IMG/VR virus record: IMGVR_UViG_3300030430_003806
Span: 1-52,809 of that record
Source: a virus
Taxonomy: Duplodnaviria; Caudoviricetes
Length of the DNA stretch: 52,809 nucleotides
Direction: 5' to 3' (one strand)
Made by a program: the position numbers and the translations under genes. A model generated the notes under the pieces. It saw nothing but the letters and a program-made list of their open reading frames with translations. It ran no database searches and had not been told where the DNA came from. Positions within the stretch are counted from its first letter, which is position 1. Every line of letters starts with the position of its first letter. Below, in pieces: positions 47,070 through 52,809 of this stretch.

Positions 47070-47459
47070 ATGGCTAAAAACTATACATTGAATTGTTCTT
47101 TAAGCATGGCAGCTAATTCAGCTACTGGATATTCACAATCACAAAGTGGTAACTATCAACTTAATATTACTGGAGTAGATCAAATAGCTTCAGGTAGAAT
47201 TGATGTTGCACATGATGGTGATGCTACAATTATGGCGGCACCAGGACATGGAAGAGTAATTTACGTAAAAAACTTAGATGATACTAACTTTGTAAAAGTA
47301 TATGATGGTGCATCAAGTGCAAACGATTTAATTGGTATACTTGAGCCAGGTCAATTTTTAATGACAATAATTAGAGGAACAGGAACTACAACAGCAAGAG
47401 CTGATACAGCAACTGTTACAGTAGAATACGCAGCAGTAGAAATAGATTCAAACGCATAA
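47070..47459 (+). CDS. Small beta-rich structural protein (paralogue A)
   Basis: IYVKNLDDTN...ILEPGQF. Confidence 0.65.
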   Translation: MAKNYTLNCSLSMAANSATGYSQSQSGNYQLNITGVDQIASGRIDVAHDGDATIMAAPGHGRVIYVKNLDDTNFVKVYDGASSANDLIGILEPGQFLMTIIRGTGTTTARADTATVTVEYAAVEIDSNA

Positions 47460-47469
47460 AAAATAAAAT

Positions 47470-47898
47470 ATGGCAACTCAATCATTATCAGTAACAGTAT
47501 CAGGTACACTTACACTAACAGATTCAGATGGTAATCAAGTGTTTACTTTTTCACCATCTTTTCAAACAGCATCTACTACAGTAGATTCAGCATTAATATC
47601 AACTGGTGAAATATTAACTAACGGAACTAGTGACACTACTATTAATTTAGCAAGACACAATAAAGATATGATATTTACATTTATTAAAAATGTAGATACA
47701 GATTATCCTGTAGCAGTAAAACCAGATGGTGATGTAATTGCTGATCTTAAACCAGGTGAGTGTATGTTTTCACCAATACATGTTGATGGGGCAGGTGATG
47801 GATCGGCTAACTTAGATTTAGCTGCTACGACAGCTGCACAAAAAGTTCAATATCTTATTTGTGATGGACCTGACACTGGAATAAGTTCAGATGACTAA
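47470..47898 (+). CDS. Small beta-rich structural protein (paralogue B)
   Basis: TFIKNVDTDY...DLKPGEC. Confidence 0.65.
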   Translation: MATQSLSVTVSGTLTLTDSDGNQVFTFSPSFQTASTTVDSALISTGEILTNGTSDTTINLARHNKDMIFTFIKNVDTDYPVAVKPDGDVIADLKPGECMFSPIHVDGAGDGSANLDLAATTAAQKVQYLICDGPDTGISSDD

Positions 47899-47904
47899 AA
47901 TATA

Positions 47905-47943
47905 GGGGGAAAGGCATACATGTAAAAGTCCTCTTAGTACCCC
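47905..47943 (+). promoter_or_regulatory. Intergenic structured element upstream of the lysin gene
   Basis: GGGG-GAA...AGTA-CCCC closing stem with a loop E-like internal loop. Confidence 0.4.
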
Positions 47944-47958
47944 ACAAAAATGTAAAAA

Positions 47959-48435
47959 ATGAAACTTAAGGTTTTAAGATTTAGTAGCCAGGAGGATAGC
48001 ACTTCTGGCTTACTTTTTTTAGACCACAATGATGGTCTTGAATTTCTATGTTATACTCTTGAAGATGAACACAGATCAAAAAAAGTAAGAGGAGAAACAA
48101 GAGTACCTGCTGGTACATATAATTTATCACTTAGAAAAGTAGGAGGCTTCCATGAAAGATACAAAAAGAAATATGGTGCGTTTCATAAAGGGATGTTACA
48201 AGTTATGGATGTACCAAACTTTGAATATATTCTTATACATACTGGTAACACTGATGAACATACTGCTGGATGTTTACTTGTTGGTGACTCTCAAGAAAAC
48301 AACATCATTATCAAAGATGGATTTATTGGTAAATCAAATAATGCGTACAAAAGAATATATCCAGATATTGCAAAAGAGATTAAGAAAGGCAATAAGGTAA
48401 CAATTCAGTATATTGATTTAGATAACAATGATTAG
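47959..48435 (+). CDS. DUF5675-like protein, putative endolysin (L,D-transpeptidase-like His/Cys motif)
   Basis: FLCYTLED...GETRVPAGTY...VPNFEYILIHTGNTDEHTAGCLLVG. Confidence 0.8.
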   Translation: MKLKVLRFSSQEDSTSGLLFLDHNDGLEFLCYTLEDEHRSKKVRGETRVPAGTYNLSLRKVGGFHERYKKKYGAFHKGMLQVMDVPNFEYILIHTGNTDEHTAGCLLVGDSQENNIIIKDGFIGKSNNAYKRIYPDIAKEIKKGNKVTIQYIDLDNND

Positions 48436-51400
48436 AAAACTTGGAATCAATCAATTTGAATATGATGTAGAGTTTAAGGGAGATGTTAGGTTTCCTGAAA
48501 TTACAAGCACATCAACATCTCTTGATACAATTGTTATTGATTCTACAGGTAAACTTTTCAAGAGCACAGGATCAGAACCTGATGGTATAGGTTTTGATGG
48601 GTCTGGTGATTTGATAATACAGCAACCAACTTCTGATAAAGATATAATATTTATAGCGCCTGGAACATCTGATTTAGGAGACACCGTAACATATATTACT
48701 ATTGATTCAAGTGTTGCTAGAATATTGTTTAGTCAAGAAGCAAGATTTACAGATAATGTTAATTTAAAGTTTGGGAGTGGTGGCGATACGATGATCTATC
48801 ATGATGGTAGCGATTCATATATAGATCACACTGGAACTGGACATTTATATATCAGACAAGGTAATGATGATAGTGATATAGTATTTCAGTCAGATGACGG
48901 ATCAGGTGCTTTAACCACGTACTTTAAAGTTGATGGTGGTGAAGAAAGAGTAATATTTGATAAAGAAATAAGAGCTAAAGATAATATAAAAATAAATGTT
49001 GGTAATTCTACTGATGGTAGATTTTTACACGATGGAACTGATACTAAGTTAGTTACTATTACTGGAGATTTAAGATTAGAAAATACAAACGATGATGGCA
49101 ATATAAAATTTATTTGTGATGATGGTTCTGGCGGAACAACTATTTATATAGAAATACAAGGTAATAATACAAGAACTGTTTTTAGAAAAGATTTAAATTT
49201 ACAAGATAATGTTAATTTATATTTAGGTACAAGTAGTGATTTAAGATTAGTTCACGATGGTTCAGACTCAGCAATATCAAACGCTACAGGTGATTTAGTT
49301 ATAACAAATGAAGCTGATGATAAAGATATAATTTTTAAGTGTGATGATCAATCTGGTGGACTAACAACATATCTAACTATAGATGGTAGTAACGGTTATA
49401 TTAGATTAGAAGATGATAGAAGATTAACTATAGGTAGCGGTAATGATTTACAATTAAGACACAACTCAAATAATTCTTATATAACTAATTTTACAGGTTC
49501 GTTTAATATAGTTCAACAAGCGGCTGATCAAGATATAACTTTTCAATGTGACGATGGTTCTGGAGATGTAGCTACGTATTTTAAATTAGATGGTAGTTCA
49601 GCAAATAGTGGAACTTTGTATACTCAATTTCCAGATAATTCAAATTTAACTTTTGGCTCTGCTGATGATTTACAGATAAAGCACGACGGCACTGATAGTA
49701 AAATAACTAATAGCACTGGTGATTTAATAATAAGAAATCTTGCAGACGACAAAGATATAATATTCCAAAGTGACGATGGATCAGGTGGTGTTACTGATTA
49801 TGTAAAAATAGACGGTAATAATCAATTTATTCGTTTTGATAAAAACACATATCATCCTACAGGTAAAAGAATTACTATAGGTAGTGGTCAAGAAGGTAGA
49901 ATATTTTATGAAAGTAGTACTTTAAAAATTACACAAACAGAAGATGATGCTGATATATCATTTCAGTGTGACGACGGTTCGGGTGGTGTTACAGAGTACT
50001 TTAGATTAGACGGTGGTATTGTTGGTACAGTTTTTAGTAAAGATATATTTATTAATGATAGTGTAAAATTAAAACTAGGTACTGGTTCTGACTTTGATAT
50101 GGAACATGATGGTAGCAATACTACATTAAGAAATATAACTGGTAATTTAACTATACAAAACAATGCGGATGACGCTGATATTATATTTAATTCAGACGAT
50201 GGAAGTGGTGGTGTAACAAATTATTTTGTAGTAGACGGTAGTGCAGAACAAACAAGGTTTTATAAAGACACAAGGCACACAGACGGTATAAAAGCAAACT
50301 TTGGTAACAGTGATGATTTTTCAATACATCACGACGGCGGTAATACTTTAGTTCAAAATATTACTGGTCATTTATATTTTTATCAAAAAGCAGATGATAG
50401 CGATATATCATTTTTCTGTGATGATGGTAGCGGCGGAAATACTGAATATTTTAGAGTTGATGGTGGTGCTGAAAAAATAATTGTATCAAAACCTTTTAAT
50501 ATAGTAGATGGTATTGGTTTAAAATTAGGTACTGGTGGTAACGATTTTTCAGCTTATCATAATGGCACTGATACTTTTTTAGATAATAACACTGGTCATT
50601 TAAACATTAGAAACACAGCTGATGATAAAGAGATTAGGTTTGTTTGTGATGATAATAGCGGTGGAGTTGAAACATACTTCTTTTTAGATGGTTCAATTGA
50701 CAGTTCTTTTCCAAACACACAATTTCCAGATCAATCAACTTTAAGTTTTGGTAATAGCAATGATTTAAGAATGTTCCACAACGGTACAGATTCATATTTT
50801 TTCAATAATACCGGTGATTTATATATTATAAGTTATGCTGACGATAAAGACATAATCTTCCAAAGCGACGATGGCTCAGGAGGTGTAGAGACATACTTTT
50901 TCTTAGACGGTAGTGGTAATACAGGGAATATTCCTAGAACAGTATTTCCTGATAATTCTAATTTAGTTTTTGGTACTGGTAATGATTTATTTATAAGGCA
51001 TAACACAGCAAATTCTGAAATAAAAAACTTTACAGGTGATTTAATATTACAAAACAATGCTGATGATAGTGATATTATATTCCAAAGTGACGATGGTAGT
51101 GGTGGAGTTCAAACGTATTTTTTCTTAGATGGATCTTCTACATATACTAGGTTTCCAGATGATTCTAGATTAGTACTTGGTAATAGTAGTGATTTACAAT
51201 TAAGACATAATGGTACTAATTCATTTATTGAAGCTACAAACGGAGACTTGTATATTAAAAACTCTGCCGATGACAAAGACATTATTTTTCAGTCAGATGA
51301 TGGTAGTGGAGGAACTATGACTTATTTCTTTTTAGATGGATCATCTGGTGGTTCTCAAGCTAGAACTGTATTTCCAGATAATTCAAGATTATGTATTGGT

Positions 51401-52809
51401 ACAGGTCAAGATTTAAATATTTCTCACGAAGCTGGAGATAGTTTTATTCAAAATATAACAGGTGATTTATATATAAAACAAAGAACAGATGATGGAGATT
51501 TAATATTTCAATGTGACGATGGTTCTGGAGGTGATACTGAATACTTTAGATTAGATGGTGGTGGTGTTTTTATGGTTGGTAGTAAATCTTTATACATGCT
51601 TGATAACAATCGTTTGTATTTAGGTAGTGCTGGTGATATGGAATTAAATCACAACGGTACTAATTCTTTTATATATAACCACACTGGCAACTTAACCATA
51701 CAAAACAATACTGATGATGGTGATGTAATATTTAGATCTGATGATGGCAGTGGTGGTGTAACAAATTATTTTAAACTAAGTGGTGCTAATACAAATATAG
51801 AGGTTAGTCAAAACTTATACGCTAAAGATGATGTTAAAATTGCTGCTGGAGATGGTTTAGATTTAAGAATGTATCATGAAAGTAGTAGTAATGATAGTTT
51901 TATAAGAAACGCTACAGGTGATTTATACATAAGAAATGTAGCAGATGACAAAGATATTATCTTCCAATCAGACGATAGTAGCGGTGGCGTAGAAACTTAT
52001 TTTAGATTAGACGGTAGCGCTAACACTGCTGGTAATCCTGTAACTTTATTTCCTGATAATTCTTTGTTAGGTTTTGGTGAAGGTTTTGGTGATTTACAAT
52101 TACATCATGATGGTTCAAATTCATATATAAAAAATAGATCAACAGGTGATTTATATATCAGGCAAGATGTAGATGATAAAGATATAATATTTCAAGCTGA
52201 TGATGGTAGTGGTGGTATTCAAACTTATTTAACTATAGATGGTAGTTTAGAGTCTGTAACTGTTCCAGACACTATATATTTAGCGGCTGGTAATAGTTTA
52301 GATTTAAGTCTTAGGCATGATGGTACTAATTCACATTTTCAAAATAACACAGGTGATTTAACCATTAAAAACGCTGCTGATGATAAAAATATAGTGTTTC
52401 AAGGTGATGATGCGAGTGGCGGACTTACGACTTATTTTCAACTATATGGTAATCACTCTGGCAATCCTGTAACACAGTTTCCTGATAACTCACAAATACA
52501 TTTTGGTGATGGCTTTGATTTTAGAATTACACATGACGGTAGTCAAAGTATATTAAATAATCAAACAGGTAATTTAGAAATTGTACAAAATGCTGACGAC
52601 GCTGATATAATATTTAAATGCGATGATGGATCAGGAGGTACTACAGCTTATCTTACGTTAGACGGTGGTCTTGGCAGAACTAATATTCATAAAAGAGTTC
52701 GTGTTGATGATAATATACAGTTTCAACTTGGTAGTGATGGTGATATACAGTTTTCTCATACTGGTAGTATAGGTTATTTATATAACAACACTGGTGATTT
52801 TCGTTTCAG
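48428..52809 (+). CDS. Long repeat-rich tail fibre-like protein, truncated at the window end (more than 1460 aa; absent from the ORF track)
   Basis: ATG 48428 (MIRKLGINQFEYDVEFKGDVRF...) overlaps the lysin stop. The repeats at the window end are in the same frame, and no stop was seen in the parts translated by hand. Confidence 0.85.
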   Translation, partial: MIRKLGINQFEYDVEFKGDVRFPEITSTSTSLDTIVIDSTGKLFKSTGSEPDGIGFDGSGDLIIQQPTSDKDIIFIAPGTSDLGDTVTYITIDSSVARILFSQEARFTDNVNLKFGSGGDTMIYHDGSDSYIDHTGTGHLYIRQGNDDSDIVFQSDDGSGALTTYFKVDGGEERVIFDKEIRAKDNIKINVGNSTDGRFLHDGTDTKLVTITGDLRLENTNDDGNIKFICDDGSGGTTIYIEIQGNNTRTVFRKDLNLQDNVNLYLGTSSDLRLVHDGSDSAISNATGDLVITNEADDKDIIFKCDDQSGGLTTYLTIDGSNGYIRLEDDRRLTIGSGNDLQLRHNSNNSYITNFTGSFNIVQQAADQDITFQCDDGSGDVATYFKLDGSSANSGTLYTQFPDNSNLTFGSADDLQIKHDGTDSKITNSTGDLIIRNLADDKDIIFQSDDGSGGVTDYVKIDGNNQFIRFDKNTYHPTGKRITIGSGQEGRIFYESSTLKITQTEDDADISFQCDDGSGGVTEYFRLDGGIVGTVFSKDIFINDSVKLKLGTGSDFDMEHDGSNTTLRNITGNLTIQNNADDADIIFNSDDGSGGVTNYFVVDGSAEQTRFYKDTRHTDGIKANFGNSDDFSIHHDGGNTLVQNITGHLYFYQKADDSDISFFCDDGSGGNTEYFRVDGGAEKIIVSKPFNIVDGIGLKLGTGGNDFSAYHNGTDTFLDNNTGHLNIRNTADDKEIRFVCDDNSGGVETYFFLDGSIDSSFPNTQFPDQSTLSFGNSNDLRMFHNGTDSYFFNNTGDLYIISYADDKDIIFQSDDGSGGVETYFFLDGSGNTGNIPRTVFPDNSNLVFGTGNDLFIRHNTANSEIKNFTGDLILQNNADDSDIIFQSDDGSGGVQTYFFLDGSSTYTRFPDDSRLVLGNSSDLQLRHNGTNSFIEATNGDLYIKNSADDKDIIFQSDDGSGGTMTYFFLDGSSGGSQARTVFPDNSRLCIGTGQDLNISHEAGDSFIQNITGDLYIKQRTDDGDLIFQCDDGSGGDTEYFRLDGGGVFMVGSKSLYMLDNNRLYLGSAGDMELNHNGTNSFIYNHTGNLTIQNNTDDGDVIFRSDDGSGGVTNYFKLSGANTNIEVSQNLYAKDDVKIAAGDGLDLRMYHESSSNDSFIRNATGDLYIRNVADDKDIIFQSDDSSGGVETYFRLDGSANTAGNPVTLFPDNSLLGFGEGFGDLQLHHDGSNSYIKNRSTGDLYIRQDVDDKDIIFQADDGSGGIQTYLTIDGSLESVTVPDTIYLAAGNSLDLSLRHDGTNSHFQNNTGDLTIKNAADDKNIVFQGDDASGGLTTYFQLYGNHSGNPVTQFPDNSQIHFGDGFDFRITHDGSQSILNNQTGNLEIVQNADDADIIFKCDDGSGGTTAYLTLDGGLGRTNIHKRVRVDDNIQFQLGSDGDIQFSHTGSIGYLYNNTGDFRF
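48730..52809 (+). repeat. About 18 tandem repeats of roughly 70 aa
   Basis: Consensus FxDxxxLxxGxxxDLxxxHxGxxSxIxNxTGDLxIxNxADDxDIIFx(S/C)DDGSGGxxxYFxLDG, recurring every 200-230 nt. Confidence 0.9.

Noticed and set aside
2615-51057. Numerous minus-strand ORFs of 60-190 aa inside + strand genes (e.g. 28110-28673, 36606-36959, 37392-37730, 48451-51057)
   Set aside because: They are antisense shadows of long genes with recognisable motifs and carry no independent signals.
1-52809. Stop-codon reassignment (TAG or TGA), known in some Crassvirales
   Set aside because: Very long ORFs are intact in the standard code, and TAA, TAG and TGA all end genes that abut the next start.
1-52809. CRISPR array, tRNA/rRNA genes, integrase, transposase or DGR reverse transcriptase
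   Set aside because: No repeat-spacer periodicity, cloverleaf or relevant catalytic motif was seen by eye; a tRNA scan was not run.

Overview
The window is a contiguous piece of an AT-rich, Crassvirales-like (crAss-like) podophage genome read in the standard genetic code. The host is very likely a Bacteroidota, probably a marine flavobacterium: there are seven TAnnTTTG promoter boxes, Gln-ending signal peptides and a T9SS sorting domain. Bases 1-1870 hold a few small minus-strand genes separated by terminators and a 22-nt repeat. From 2049 every supported gene is on the + strand. The order is: putative TerS, TerL, portal, scaffold-like protein, major capsid protein, decoration and neck/ring proteins, an IHF/HU-like protein, tail tubular protein, tail stabilisation (muzzle) protein, three ejection/cargo proteins (two with muralytic domains), and a 3698-aa virion RNA polymerase polyprotein (zincin HExxH, DLDGD). 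An accessory region follows, with a LamG-like protein, an envelope-targeted cassette, small basic proteins, holin-like genes, a DUF5675-like lysin, and a repeat-rich tail fibre ORF (48428 to the window end) that is missing from the ORF track. The best candidates for new biology are four. (1) A translationally coupled operon at 40576-44720 encoding a beta-barrel-like outer-membrane protein, a CxxC-less exported thioredoxin fold and a Cys-repeat protein with a T9SS C-terminal sorting domain. (2) A shared C-terminal QLD/QHD tag on four consecutive basic microproteins. (3) [YF]xxGG motifs, two of which bracket a transglycosylase domain. (4) An E3-binding (PSBD)-like mini-domain inside the virion RNAP. 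All family assignments come from motif recognition by eye; no database search was run.
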